A stretch of 64,000 nt of DNA. Origin: an uncultured Alphaproteobacteria bacterium. Its GTDB lineage: Bacteria > Pseudomonadota > Alphaproteobacteria > Rhizobiales > Hyphomicrobiaceae. The notes under the pieces were generated by a model that did no database searches, had not been told where the DNA came from, and saw only the letters and a program-made list of their open reading frames with translations. Shown here in pieces: positions 1-9,971 of this stretch. Numbering within the stretch: the first letter of the stretch is position 1; each line of letters opens with the position of its first letter. The DNA is taken from positions 32,320 to 96,319 of the forward strand of contig CAVVAR010000002.1 of the NCBI GenBank assembly GCA_963746315.1. The letters are read 5' to 3'. The translations under genes and the position numbers were made by a program.

Positions 1-818
1 GCGGGTATGCGCTCTCCTTTTCGGAGTGGCTGCGTCAGCATGCGGTCGAGCCGCTGCTCGGCCGGATCGCGGATTTCTCTAACACCGATCGTCATGCCTT
101 CGTGCCCAGCCTCAGGCTGCGCACGGTAGGTTCCGAACAGGCTGATCCCACCACGGCAGGTTGAACCCGAAGTTGGAGTTGGTCTCGCGGACGACGACGG
201 AGTGGTGCACGCGATGCATATCCGGCGTCACCACGAGCCAGCGCAGGACGCGATCGACCGGAGCCGGCAGTCGCACGTTCGAGTGGTTGAACATCGCGGT
301 CGCGTTGAGCAGCACCTCGAAGACTAGCACCGCGACGGCGGGTGCTCCGAGACCACCGATGACGGTGAGCTTGATCAGCATCGACAGCAGGATTTCGATC
401 GGATGGAAACGCGCGCCCGTTGTGAGATCGAACTCGAGATCGGCGTGGTGCATGCGATGCAGCCGCCACAGCGCCGGGACGGCATGGAACAGGACGTGCT
501 GCAAGTAGATGACCAAGTCGAGGATGACTACGGAGACGACGATCGCGATCCAGTCTCGCGACCGTGCCAGGCGTTGAACAGCCCGAACCCCTTCGCCTCT
601 GCCAGAAGTGCGAGCCCAACAGCCGTCGTCGGAAACAGAATGCGCACGAGCACGGTATCTAGAACGACTACGCCCAGGTTGCTGGGCCAGCGCGTCGATC
701 CGCCCGATCGCCTGGAGTCGCCGAGGCGCCAGCACCTCCCACAGCGCCATGACCATGAACACCCTGCGAAGGCCGAAAGGCGAACGATCGGCTCGTTGTC
801 GAGCAAGAATTCGCTCAT
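1..818 (-). pseudogene. Fatty acid hydroxylase / sterol desaturase family gene with the reading frame broken several times; 3' end runs off the window
   Basis: ORF 112..870 carries the His-box motifs HRMHHADLEFD and HRVHH plus NFGFNLPWWD. The N-terminus MSEFLLDNEPIVRLSAFAG and the segment VVVLDTVLVRILFPTTAVGLALLAEAKGFGLFNAW lie in the frame of ORF 528..839. The C-terminal LFGTYRAQPEAGHEGMTIGVREIRDPAEQRLDRMLTQPL reads in a third frame down to nt 1. Frame changes lie near 770, 700, 565 and 145. Confidence 0.7.
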
Positions 819-905
819 CGACTGGTTTCCCGCATGCATCCGCCGATGCGGATTGACGCCAGCGCATCATTCAAGCAATGTCTTGATCGATAGTGGAGAC
901 CCGAG

Positions 906-1575
906 ATGGCGTCAAGCGGAAGCCCGAAGCGCCTGCTGTTCCGCCAGTTTGCCGAAGTGGCCAAGGCGGTCGCGCACGAGCATCGTCTCGAGTTGCTGGA
1001 GGCGCTCGCCCAGGGCGAGCGTAGCGTCGAGACGCTGGCCGACTGCACCGGCTTGTCGATCGCGAATGCCTCACAGCACCTGCAGCGCATGCGGCGGGCC
1101 GGTCTCGTCGAGACGCGCCGGGACGGCAAGTTCGTTTACTACTGCCTCTCCGGCGCTGGCTGTGCTCGATCTCGTTGCGGCGCTCACCCGCATCGGAGAG
1201 AGCCACGTCGCCGAGGTCGACACGATCGTGCGCACCTATTTCGACAGCCGCGACGACATGGAGCCTGTGTCGCGCGTCGAGCTCCTGGCGCGCATGCAGA
1301 AGGGCGACGTCCAGGTTCTGGACGTGCGACCGGCGGACGAGTTCGAGATGGCGCATATTCCGGGCGCCGTCAGTATCCCACTCGCCAGCTTGAAGCGAAA
1401 GCTCGCCACTGCTCGACCCGGCCAAGGAGGTCGTCGCCTACTGCCGCGGCCCGTGGTGCGTCCTGTCGTTCGAAGCCGTTTCCCTGCTCAGGGGCCAAAG
1501 GCTTTCGGGTGCGCCGGCTGGAGGACGGTCTGCCGGAATGGAAAGCCGCAGAACTTGCCCGTCGCCACAGGCTAA
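906..1575 (+). pseudogene. ArsR/SmtB-family HTH regulator fused to a rhodanese domain, frame broken repeatedly
   Basis: The HTH part (HRLELLEALAQGERSVETLADCTGLSIANASQHLQRMRRAGLVETRRDGKFVYY) is in ORF 906... The continuation AVLDLVAALTRIGE...VQVLDVRPADEFEMAHIPGAVSIPL is in the frame of ORF 403..1575. The rhodanese active-site stretch KEVVAYCRGPWCVLSFEAV is in the third frame. KGFRVRRLEDGLPEWKAAE returns to the first frame. Frame changes lie near 1152, 1408, 1493 and 1555. Confidence 0.65.
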
Positions 1576-1794
1576 TCACGTTGGATACCGCCAACGCTTG
1601 AGGTCAGGACCGGCCGGCGATTTGGGCTCAATTGCAAAATCGATGTCTGCACCTGGGGAATGGAGACATCGTAGTCGTTAGCGGTGATCTCGGCAGCTAC
1701 TGGCCCATCTCGACGGTTCTAAACTTGGCGCCGTGGGTGAATGCATCGTGTCACTGTTCATCCGAATGCATTCAACCGTCACCAGGAGAATCAC

Positions 1795-1834
1795 TTTTTC
1801 ATCAAAAGGCCCCCGGCGTTTCGCGCCGGGGGCC
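1795..1834 (-). terminator. Intrinsic terminator downstream of the AlpA-like gene
   Basis: Perfect 11-bp GC stem ggcccccggcg (1808-1818) / cgccgggggcc (1824-1834) with a 5-nt loop. On the minus strand it is followed by TTTTGATGAAAAA. Confidence 0.7.
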
Positions 1835-1840
1835 TCTCGC

Positions 1841-2061
1841 CTATTCCGCCGGAATTTGTCCACCGCGCAATGAAGCACACTGCGCGACCCAGGCCTCGAT
1901 CTCCGATAGCAGCCAGCCGACGCGGCGAGCGCCGATCTGGATGCGTTTCGGAAACTTCCCGGCCTTCTCCAGGCGAAGCACGTGTTGACGTGTAAAAGGG
2001 ATCATCTCGGACAGCTCCCGCGCCGAGATGAACTTCGTAGCGGTCGGACTGTCGTTGCCAT
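1841..2061 (-). CDS. AlpA/excisionase-like small HTH protein; start unclear and a frame change is probably needed
   Basis: My minus-strand translation gives TKFISARELSEMIPFTRQHVLRLEKAGKFPKRIQIGARRVGWLLSEIEAWVAQCASLRGGQIPAE-stop, with the stop at 1841-1843. This is the typical AlpA pattern. No ATG/GTG/TTG lies in that frame upstream. The only nearby ATG (2059-2061) is in a different frame. Confidence 0.6.
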
Positions 2062-2136
2062 GGGCGGTGAAGTTCGCTGAACCCTCCTCGTTGATCCCGA
2101 CGACAAGATAACCTGCTTCGCGCCATTCGATTGTTG

Positions 2137-3351
2137 CTAGTTCGACACGGTCGCTGCGAATTCAGTGAGATGCTGATCAACGAGTGCTTGCACGTGCTCG
2201 GCCCAAAGGGCGAGCGCAGTGCGCATCTCGGGAAGATAGCCGAAGCGATTGTAGACGCCGGCGACGCCACCGAAGGTGCCGCGTGTGTGATTGAGCAGCC
2301 GCTCGATCACGTGCGGCGCTACGCCGAGACGCGCCATGCCCGTCGCGGCAGAGCGGCGCAGGTCATGCACGCGCCAGTCCCCAACGCCTGAGCGCTCATC
2401 GAGTTCTGTCTTCCACTTGCTGAAACCAGACACAACCGCATCACGGCCGCGCGCTGGAAACAGGAAGTCGTCATGAATATTCGGCAGCTTACGGACGATG
2501 TCGGTGGCTGCCGGAGACAGCGGCACCACATGCTTTCGCGCGGACTTTGTTCGGTCGGCAGCGAGCGACCACTCCCCTGCCCTCAGATCGATCTCACTCC
2601 AGCGCATACCAGCGACCTCATTGCGCCGCTGGGCCGTCAGGATAAGGAGCCGGATCATCGGCCCGTACGGATAGTGCATCGCTTCTGCTGCAACCAAAAT
2701 GCAGCGAAGCTCGTCGTCGGCGAGCACGCGGTCGCGATCCTTCGCTTTCGGCGGCGGATTTAGATTCGCCATTGGTGAGGCATCGAGATACCCGCGGCCG
2801 ACACACCAATTGAAGAAGTGCCGAGCGTATACGAAGCGGTTATGTCCAGTCGCCGACGAGCTGCGGACAACCACGTCGTCGACGACACGCATGACGTCGT
2901 CCGCCGTGATCTTTGTGAGCGGGCGTTCGCCCCACGCCGCGACGTACTCGCGTCGCAGGATGTCGCGCGTTGTGGCCCAATCCTTATTTTTCTGGCGTGC
3001 GTACTTCTCGATGTACTCGTCCACGGTCGATGCAACTGTACGCTCGCGTGACTTTGCCTCCGCGATCCGCGGTTCGATTTTCTGGGTGGCCGGATCGGTG
3101 CCGAGCGTCACCTCCCGCAGCGCCTGGCTAGCAAGCTTGCGCGCATCGGCGAGCGACAACGCTGGATAGCGTCCGAGCGTCAGTCGGCGCGCGCGGCCGT
3201 GAAAGCGGTAGACCAGGACAAACGACCGTGTGCCGGCAGCAGAGACGCGAACGCCGAATCCCGGAATGCGCGAGTCCCACGTCTCGGCCTGGCCGCGCAG
3301 CGGGATTGTCAAATTACGAATGGCCATATCGGTAAGTGCGGTCGTCGCCAT
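2137..3351 (-). CDS. Tyrosine recombinase, P4-type phage/island integrase
   Basis: ORF 2137..3432. It has the N-terminal DUF4102-like pattern (IPGFGVRVSAAGTRSFVLVYRFHGRARRLTLGRYPALSLADARKLA) and the C-terminal catalytic region (HDLRRSAATGMARLGVAPHVIERLLNH...Y). The likely start is MATTALTDMAIRNL at 3351; the longest ORF starts at 3432. Confidence 0.9.
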   Translation of the reverse strand: MATTALTDMAIRNLTIPLRGQAETWDSRIPGFGVRVSAAGTRSFVLVYRFHGRARRLTLGRYPALSLADARKLASQALREVTLGTDPATQKIEPRIAEAKSRERTVASTVDEYIEKYARQKNKDWATTRDILRREYVAAWGERPLTKITADDVMRVVDDVVVRSSSATGHNRFVYARHFFNWCVGRGYLDASPMANLNPPPKAKDRDRVLADDELRCILVAAEAMHYPYGPMIRLLILTAQRRNEVAGMRWSEIDLRAGEWSLAADRTKSARKHVVPLSPAATDIVRKLPNIHDDFLFPARGRDAVVSGFSKWKTELDERSGVGDWRVHDLRRSAATGMARLGVAPHVIERLLNHTRGTFGGVAGVYNRFGYLPEMRTALALWAEHVQALVDQHLTEFAATVSN

Positions 3352-3568
3352 GTCGCGCCTCGCGCTGCTACCTGGGAACCGATTTGATGTGTCTAGACAA
3401 ACGAACAAATCACGAAGTCTCGTAGGTAGCATCTAGGTAGCAAAATTTGGTGCGCTTGTAGAGGCTGATATGTGCCACTATGTTCCCAATGATCGACTAA
3501 GCTACTGAAATAGAACACTTCATGGGTGCGGCAGAATTGCACTTGTGTCGTGAAATTACCATAGACCT

Positions 3569-3618
3569 TGTGAATGGCATTCACGAGGTCAGGGGTTCGA
3601 TCCCCCTCGGCTCCACCA
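3569..3618 (+). repeat. 3' half of tRNA-Ala(GGC): anticodon arm to CCA, an att-type direct-repeat copy rather than a functional tRNA
   Basis: It folds as TGTGA-ATGGCAT-TCACG (anticodon GGC), variable loop AGGTC, T-arm AGGGG-TTCGATC-CCCCT, then acceptor CGGCTCC-A-CCA. The T at position 70 fits the Ala G3:U70 identity pair. The upstream 26 nt cannot form an acceptor 5' strand or a D-arm. Confidence 0.65.
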
Positions 3619-3881
3619 ATTAAATCAAGTACTTAGACGAAACCCTGCCTCCCCGTAAATCAACGCGCTTCTAATGCACTCCTGCTGGAGGCTAAGCGGG
3701 GCGTCTTTTGTGCCTGTGCAGAGCGATAAATTCCCATAGGGGCGAGCGCCGCGACACGAGGTGCAACCTTTTCCCGCGACTTTTCGTTTGCCCGGAGGAC
3801 TGACGGCGATCGAGAGCTGTCCCTGGACTTGCGGAGACGGACCCTCTTGCATCCGCCCGCCTTAAAGCAAACGGAGGACCG

Positions 3882-4076
3882 ATGCTGCGTCCGGAACGAC
3901 GTGATCGGGTCAATGTCGGTACTGTCCTCGTCGTGTTGGTCGTCATTGGAGCCGTCCTCGGTTGGGCGATCTACGACGACCAGAACACTGTGGCTGTCCG
4001 CCAAGTCCCGACAGAAACCATCACAGCCCCCAAAGCGGCAGACACGAGCGCACCCACCGACGCCACGACCAAGTAG
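3882..4076 (+). CDS. Small hypothetical membrane protein
   Basis: The 64-aa ORF has one hydrophobic helix (VNVGTVLVVLVVIGAVLGWAIY). GGAGGA lies 4 nt before the ATG. No family was recognised. Confidence 0.35.
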   Translation: MLRPERRDRVNVGTVLVVLVVIGAVLGWAIYDDQNTVAVRQVPTETITAPKAADTSAPTDATTK

Positions 4077-4414
4077 CACGAGCGTCTTGTCGAGGATTAC
4101 GTGCGTTGCGTTGACGCTCGGACGCGCCCATGCGGTGTTCAAGGGATCACACCTGGAGCGGTTGTTCCGTGATGGGCCCCTTGGGGCTATTCACGCACCA
4201 CTGTCGGATTTCTGCCTCCGGAACATGGGCGTCCATGAACTGAACCTCGACCTTTACAGAGGTGCTGCCACCCTTGAAGCCCGACGCCGTTGTCGGCTTG
4301 CCTCACCCGCCGAGCTGGTCGTTGTCGCCTCTGGGATTGTGCGCCCGAGCGCGATGCCACATCATTGTCCTGGCCGAGTTGGGCGCCGGATCCGATGAAT
4401 ATTGGGGGCACACC

Positions 4415-6100
4415 ATGCATGATCTCGTTGTTCGCCGTGGCACAGTGATCGATGGCACGGGCGCGCCGCGACGGGTTGCCGACATTGCCATCGATGCCGG
4501 CCGGATCACGGCCTTGGGCGGCGATATTGGGCCCGGACGGCGCGAAGTGGCTGCCGAAGACATGCTGGTCACGCCAGGGTTCGTCGACATTCACACCCAC
4601 TACGACGGACAGGCTACCTGGGACTCACAGCTCGCCCCCTCCTCACTGCATGGCGTCACAACGGCGCTCTTCGGCAATTGCGGCGTCGGATTTGCGCCGG
4701 TGAAGCCCGGGACCTCCAACTTCCTGATCAACTTGATGGAAGGCATCGAGGACATTCCCGGCACCGTCCTGGCCGAGGGTGTCAAGTTCGACTGGGAGTC
4801 GTTTCCCGAGTACATGGCGGCACTGGAAGCGGTGCCTCACTCGATCGATATCGGGACCCAGGTGCCGCACACGGCCTTGCAATTCTACGTGATGGGCGAG
4901 CGCGGTGCCGTGCACGACGAGGCGCCGACCGAGACCGAGATCCGAGCCATGGGCCAGTTGCTCGAGGAGGCGCTGGCAGCCGGCGCGCTCGGCTTCACCA
5001 CCTCGCGGACAACCAAGCACCGCGCCAAGGATGGCCGCCTCGTCCCGAGCCTGTCGGCGCGCGAGCCCGAGCTGGCTGGCCTTGCCCTGGCGATGAAGCG
5101 GGCTGGCCGCGGCGTGCTCGAGGTCAATTCCGACTTCGGGCCGGGAGAGTTCGAGACCCTGCAGGAGGCCGCGGCCTTGTCCGGCCGGCCGCTCTCGTGC
5201 CTGCTCGTGCAGGTCAAGCAGCACCCTCGCCTGTGGCGTGAGACGCTCGACTGGATCCATGCGATGCGGGCCAGCGGGATGGATGCGAAAGCGCAGGTGT
5301 CCTGCCGCGGCATCGGCGTGTTGATGGGGCTGGAGACGACGCTGCATCCGTTTGCCGGGCATCCCGCGTGGCTGGAGCTGAGCGCATTGACGCCGGACCA
5401 GCGCTATGCGCGGCTCGCGGCCGATGCAACATTGCGCCGGCGTTTGATCGAAGAGCCATCGGACGACGAGACGACGCGGCGCGTCGAGGAGATGCTCCCG
5501 CGCACCTTCAGGCTCGGATCGGATCTGAACTACGAGCCCGATGTGTCGACCAACATCGTCGACCAAGCCAAGGCGCGCGGCCAGACCGTGAAGGCGTTCG
5601 CGCTGGAGATCCTGCTTTCCGATGGCGGCAAGGGGATGATGATGCATCCCTTCGAGAACTACGCTCGTGGCAACCTCGACGACGTTCGGGAGATGTTGAC
5701 GGATCCGGCAACCGTAATGGGCGTCGCCGACGCCGGCGCGCATGTCGGCATCATCTGCGATGCCAGTCAGCCGACGTTCTTGCTGTCCTACTGGGGCCGT
5801 GATCGCAAGTCCGGTCGACTGCCACTGGAGACGCTTGTGCGCAAGCATGCACACGATACGGCGGCGAGCTACGGATTAACGGACCGGGGTACACTGGCGC
5901 CCGGCAAAAAGGCTGATCTCAACGTCATCGATTTCGACCGGCTCAGCCTGTGCCCCCCGGAGGTGATCTACGATCTGCCGACAGGTGGAAAGCGCATCAT
6001 GCAGAAAGCCCGCGGCTACCGGCACACCTTCGTTTCCGGCATCGAGACCCTGCGTGACGACACGCCGACGGGCGCCCTGCCGGGGCGGCTCGTCCGGTGA
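4415..6100 (+). CDS. N-acyl-D-amino-acid deacylase (D-aminoacylase) family amidohydrolase
   Basis: MHDLVVRRGTVIDGTGAPRRVADIAIDAGRITALG...LVTPGFVDIHTHYDGQATWD is the typical D-aminoacylase N-terminus and metal site. The C-terminal ADLNVIDFDRL pattern is also present. The start is set at the internal ATG at 4415. Confidence 0.85.
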   Translation: MHDLVVRRGTVIDGTGAPRRVADIAIDAGRITALGGDIGPGRREVAAEDMLVTPGFVDIHTHYDGQATWDSQLAPSSLHGVTTALFGNCGVGFAPVKPGTSNFLINLMEGIEDIPGTVLAEGVKFDWESFPEYMAALEAVPHSIDIGTQVPHTALQFYVMGERGAVHDEAPTETEIRAMGQLLEEALAAGALGFTTSRTTKHRAKDGRLVPSLSAREPELAGLALAMKRAGRGVLEVNSDFGPGEFETLQEAAALSGRPLSCLLVQVKQHPRLWRETLDWIHAMRASGMDAKAQVSCRGIGVLMGLETTLHPFAGHPAWLELSALTPDQRYARLAADATLRRRLIEEPSDDETTRRVEEMLPRTFRLGSDLNYEPDVSTNIVDQAKARGQTVKAFALEILLSDGGKGMMMHPFENYARGNLDDVREMLTDPATVMGVADAGAHVGIICDASQPTFLLSYWGRDRKSGRLPLETLVRKHAHDTAASYGLTDRGTLAPGKKADLNVIDFDRLSLCPPEVIYDLPTGGKRIMQKARGYRHTFVSGIETLRDDTPTGALPGRLVR

Positions 6101-6364
6101 CTTGGGCGTGAGACGGCTTCCATGGAAGCTTGACCGTTACCAATTGCCGAGGTCGGCCGGACACTTGTCGAGCTTGCCAGCCGTCGGTGATCCCTTGTCC
6201 GCTTTCGAACATCCCGGAGCTTGAAACCATCCCGGGCAGGACCAGCGCCGCCGCGTTCAAACAGGCACACTCTCCAGGTTCTTCATCCGTATTGTGCACG
6301 AGCGATAATTGGACCACCTTCGCGTACTGCTTCTTGTCCCTCCTTGACCTGAGGATACGTCGTC

Positions 6365-7195
6365 ATGCGGCACAATCGCCTGCGCGCTCTGCTCGATGCG
6401 AACCAGCCCTCGATCGGCACGCATTTGCTGTCCACTTGGCCCACGCTGGTGGAGCTGGTCGGCGACGCCGGCAACTACGACTATGTCGAGTTCACTGCCG
6501 AATACTCGCCTTTCACGATGCACGACCTGGACAATCTCGGCCGTGCGCTCGAGCTGAAAAACCTCGGCGGCATGATCAAGGTCGAGCAGACGCAGTTCAC
6601 GCATCAAGCCATGCGGGCCATCGGCTCGGGCTTCCAGAGCATTCTGTTCGCCGATGTACGCACCGTCGCCGACGCGGAAGGCTGTATTGCTGCCGTGCGC
6701 GCGGAAACGCCGGGGACGGGCGGACGTCTCGGCGTCGGCATGCGGCGCGACGTCGGCACGGTGCTCGAAGGTGGCTCGCCGGCCTATGTCGAGGCGCTCA
6801 ACGAGGTGGTGATCGCCATCATGGTCGAGAAGCGAGAGTGCGTCGAGGATCTCGATGCGATCCTGTCGGTCAAAGGCATCGACATGGTGCAGTTCGGAGC
6901 TTCCGATTATTCGATGAGCCTTGGTCTTACCGGTCAGCGGAATCATCCCGATGTGAAGCGGGCAGAACGCAGGACCATCGAGACGGCGCTGAAGATGGGC
7001 CTTCACCCACGCGTGGAACTGGCCGACATCAAACAGGCAGCGCCCTATCTCGAGATGGGCGTGAAGCACTTCTGCATTGGCTGGGATGTGCGCATTCTTC
7101 ACGAGTGGTGGCGCGTCAACGGCGAGGGCATGCGCGGCATGCTGACCGGCGCCGAGGCAGGCACCGCCAAAAAGAAGGAAGCGAGCACGTACTGA
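6365..7195 (+). CDS. HpcH/HpaI family aldolase
   Basis: NRLRALLDANQPSIGTHL..., GIDMVQFGASDYSMSLGL and the overall length fit the family. Confidence 0.75.
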   Translation: MRHNRLRALLDANQPSIGTHLLSTWPTLVELVGDAGNYDYVEFTAEYSPFTMHDLDNLGRALELKNLGGMIKVEQTQFTHQAMRAIGSGFQSILFADVRTVADAEGCIAAVRAETPGTGGRLGVGMRRDVGTVLEGGSPAYVEALNEVVIAIMVEKRECVEDLDAILSVKGIDMVQFGASDYSMSLGLTGQRNHPDVKRAERRTIETALKMGLHPRVELADIKQAAPYLEMGVKHFCIGWDVRILHEWWRVNGEGMRGMLTGAEAGTAKKKEASTY

Positions 7196-7377
7196 ATCCG
7201 AATTGGACCTCGAGACACTTGGTGGCGGCGGCGATACACCGCCGCCGACCATGTCTGAAATCCGATGGACAGCGTCAGCGATCAGATGTCGACCTTCTTG
7301 GCGATCTCGATGCCGGGATGCGATGCTTTCACCTGGGAATGTCTCGCGCTTATGCTGATCGATGCGACAGCGTAAGC

Positions 7378-8535
7378 ATGGCCCGCTTGGGCGGAGCGAA
7401 ATTGTTGCAATCTCACGCCATCGAGGCAGGGAGACCCTTCTTGAGCATCGCTGACAGTTCCGCAGGCCGACGCTTTACGGCAGACGCGCTCGCACGCTTC
7501 ATCGAAGCTGCCTACTTGGCCGCCGGGGTCCCGCTTCAAGACGCCGGAACGGCCGCTAGCCTTATGGTCGAAGCAGACCTCGTCGGCGCGGACGCGCACG
7601 GCATCTTCCGATTGCCGCAGTATGTCGAGCGGATCAAGGCGGGCGGTCTCAACCCTCGCCCTGAGATCGCGGTCACACGCACAGCTCCGGCGACGGCTCG
7701 TATCGATGGCGACAATGGGCTCGGCAGCCTCGTCGTCAAACGGGCAGCGGACACGGCAATCGCGCTCGCTCGCGAAACCGGCGTCGCCTGGGTTGGAATT
7801 CGCGGCTCGAACCATGCCGGTGCCGCCTCCGTCTACGCGGCATTGCCCATGCAGGCCGGCATGATCGGTATCTACTCGGCCGTTGCCAGTGCCAACCACA
7901 TGGCCCCGTGGGGCGGCACCGAACTACTCCTCGGCACCAATCCGCTCGCGGTCGGCATACCGATTGCCACGAAGGCATCGCCCGGGGCCGATCCGGTGGT
8001 CATCGATATGGCGACGACTGTGGTCTCGTACGGCACCGTAAAAAACTACGCGCTCACCGGCCGCGCCATGCCCGAGGGATGGATGATCGACCGAGCGACC
8101 GGAGCGCCGCTGACCGACCCGGCCGACAGTGCTCGTGGCATGTTGCTACCGATCGGCGGCTACAAGGGGGCGGGGCTCGCGTTGGTGCTGGGGCTGCTTG
8201 CCGGCACACTGAACGGCGCCGCGATGGGGGCGGACGTGGTCGACTTCAACGCCGACAGCAGTACGATCACGAATACCGGACAATTCATCGTCGCACTCGA
8301 CGTGGCGCGCTTCGTCGATCCTGATCAATTCGCGGCGGAGACTTGCCGGCATCTGGAAGCTCTCCGCGCGTCAGCGCGACTGCCGGGTTTCGAGCGAATC
8401 CGCCTGCCGGGCGACGATCGGGCTTTACGCCGCCGTGACCGTGCTGCCAATGGCGTGCCGCTGTCACCGCAGGTTCTCGCGCGTTTGAATGCAATGGCCC
8501 GCTCGCTTGATATCGCGCCGCTTTCGTCGGATTAG
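7378..8535 (+). CDS. Ldh_2 family (malate/L-lactate/ureidoglycolate-type) dehydrogenase
   Basis: The C-terminal 386 aa of ORF 6130..8535 contain EADLVGADAHGIFRLPQYVERIKAGG...SNHAGAASVYA...GTNPLAVGIP...YKGAGLALV. The start is uncertain: ATG at 7378 or TTG at 7441. Confidence 0.8.
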   Translation: MARLGGAKLLQSHAIEAGRPFLSIADSSAGRRFTADALARFIEAAYLAAGVPLQDAGTAASLMVEADLVGADAHGIFRLPQYVERIKAGGLNPRPEIAVTRTAPATARIDGDNGLGSLVVKRAADTAIALARETGVAWVGIRGSNHAGAASVYAALPMQAGMIGIYSAVASANHMAPWGGTELLLGTNPLAVGIPIATKASPGADPVVIDMATTVVSYGTVKNYALTGRAMPEGWMIDRATGAPLTDPADSARGMLLPIGGYKGAGLALVLGLLAGTLNGAAMGADVVDFNADSSTITNTGQFIVALDVARFVDPDQFAAETCRHLEALRASARLPGFERIRLPGDDRALRRRDRAANGVPLSPQVLARLNAMARSLDIAPLSSD

Positions 8536-8805
8536 GCTTCGACCGGCAGCGTCTTGGTAGACTTGACGGTTGATCCCGTTTGCAGCCATCGGCGACGGGG
8601 AGTGCGCGTCGGTTTCCGTCGGGAAACTGCTGCAGGGTGACAGGCAGAGTGCCGTTCATTCTACAACCGCTTCAAGCCGTACCTGTATGAGCCGCCGGAA
8701 TCTTCCGGTCGATTGCATGGACGTGGCACGCGGGATGTGCGCTATCCTCGTTTTTCGTCGTCGCAGGCGACTACGCGCGTCCAATCTCGAACAAGGAGAC
8801 CCGCC

Positions 8806-9861
8806 ATGCCCGAGAACACCATCCGCGTCGGCTTGATCGGGGCCGGGGGCAACACGACCAAGCTGCACATTCCGGGGCTGAAGCAGCAGGCCGGCGTCGA
8901 GATCGTCGCGGTCGCGAACCGCACGCGCGAGTCGGGGCAGCGGGTGGCATCCGAGTTCGGTATCGCAAAGGTGCACGACGACTGGCAGGCGCTGCTCGAC
9001 GACGACGATATCGACGCGGTGTGCATCGGCACATGGCCCTACATGCATTCGACCTTGCTGATCGCGGCGCTGGAGGCGGGCAAGCACGTGCTCTGTGAAG
9101 CGCGCATGGCCATGGACCACGACGACGCCCGCGACATGCTCGACGCGGCGAGGCGGCATCCGGCGCTCACGGCCCAGATCGTGCCGGCGCCACATACGCT
9201 CGCCTTCGACCGCACGATCGCCGAGATGATCGCCGGCGGCGCCATCGGTGACCTCATCACCATCGATGCGCGCATTGCGGCCAACCGCGCCTATCCTGAC
9301 GGCTCGGCCAAGCGGCACTGGCGGCAGAACCGAGAGCTGTCCGGTGACAACGTCATGAACATGGGCATCTGGTACGAGGCCATGATGCGCTGGGTCGGGC
9401 CGGCGAAGTCGGTCATGGCAGTCGGCCAGAACGTCGTGCGTCACCGCCTCGATGATAGCGGCCGCCGCGTGGCGATGGAGATTCCCGATCATATCGACGT
9501 CATCGGCGCCATGGCGCAGGGCGGACAGATGCGCTTCAACGTGTCGAGCGTGCTGGGGCACGTACCGGAGCTGGCGGACGTGCTGATTGCCGGCACGGAA
9601 GGCAGCATTCGCCTGCACCAACCGGTGGGCGGCTCGCTGCAGCTGTCGGCCGGCAAGCGAGGACAGGCGGCGCTGGAGCCGGTGGCGATCGATCCGTCGA
9701 AGCGCGGCGGCTGGCGCGTCGAGGAGGAGTTCATCAACGCCATCCGCGGCAGGGAGCAGGTCACACACACGGACCTTGCGACCGGGGTCAAGTACATGGA
9801 GTGGACCACGGCTGTCAGCCGCTCGCTGGCCGACGCGCAGTTGGTGACGCTGCCGCTGTAG
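8806..9861 (+). CDS. Gfo/Idh/MocA family NAD(P)-dependent oxidoreductase
   Basis: IRVGLIGAGGNTTKLHIPGLK...VEIVAVANRT...DAVCIGTWPYMH...GKHVLCEARMA. AAGGAGA lies 7 nt before the ATG at 8806. Confidence 0.85.
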   Translation: MPENTIRVGLIGAGGNTTKLHIPGLKQQAGVEIVAVANRTRESGQRVASEFGIAKVHDDWQALLDDDDIDAVCIGTWPYMHSTLLIAALEAGKHVLCEARMAMDHDDARDMLDAARRHPALTAQIVPAPHTLAFDRTIAEMIAGGAIGDLITIDARIAANRAYPDGSAKRHWRQNRELSGDNVMNMGIWYEAMMRWVGPAKSVMAVGQNVVRHRLDDSGRRVAMEIPDHIDVIGAMAQGGQMRFNVSSVLGHVPELADVLIAGTEGSIRLHQPVGGSLQLSAGKRGQAALEPVAIDPSKRGGWRVEEEFINAIRGREQVTHTDLATGVKYMEWTTAVSRSLADAQLVTLPL

Positions 9862-9971
9862 CAGGGCTCCAGGCGCCAGCAGGCTCGCCCCGCATGGTTT
9901 AGAGTGCGTCAGCACAGCTTGCACCGGGGCGTGTCTGCATATTCCCATCGCGTCGTCGACTAATCGTCGCG

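Larger units (their letters stand above)
1841..3618. mobile_element. Right end of an integrative element / genomic island (AlpA-like gene, integrase, att repeat); left limit not in view
   Basis: The integrase and AlpA-like gene lie next to an AT-richer stretch (about 3433-3568). That stretch ends in a 3' half-tRNA repeat. No matching 5' tRNA half is present upstream. Confidence 0.6.

Noticed and set aside
403-1575. The 390-aa ORF 403..1575 looked like a single gene.
   Set aside because: It is a composite. Its 5' two-thirds are antisense or out of frame relative to the desaturase-like gene. Only short internal segments (the rhodanese part) make sense, as one frame of the broken ArsR-rhodanese gene.
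3591-3850. The 3' end GGTTCGATCCCCCTCGGCTCCACCA looked like a tmRNA (ssrA) acceptor end. It might have been the acceptor piece of a two-piece alphaproteobacterial tmRNA.
   Set aside because: The 22 nt upstream form a canonical anticodon arm with loop AUGGCAU (anticodon GGC) and a 5-nt variable loop. That is tRNA-Ala geometry. No GGGGC(C/U)G 5' acceptor strand and no ANDN-type tag reading frame was found in the following 250 nt.
6130-7377. The 801-aa ORF 6130..8535 looked like a single large gene.
   Set aside because: Its first ~415 aa are Arg/Ala/His-rich nonsense that overlaps the well-supported HpcH aldolase gene in another frame. Only the C-terminal Ldh_2 part is protein-like.
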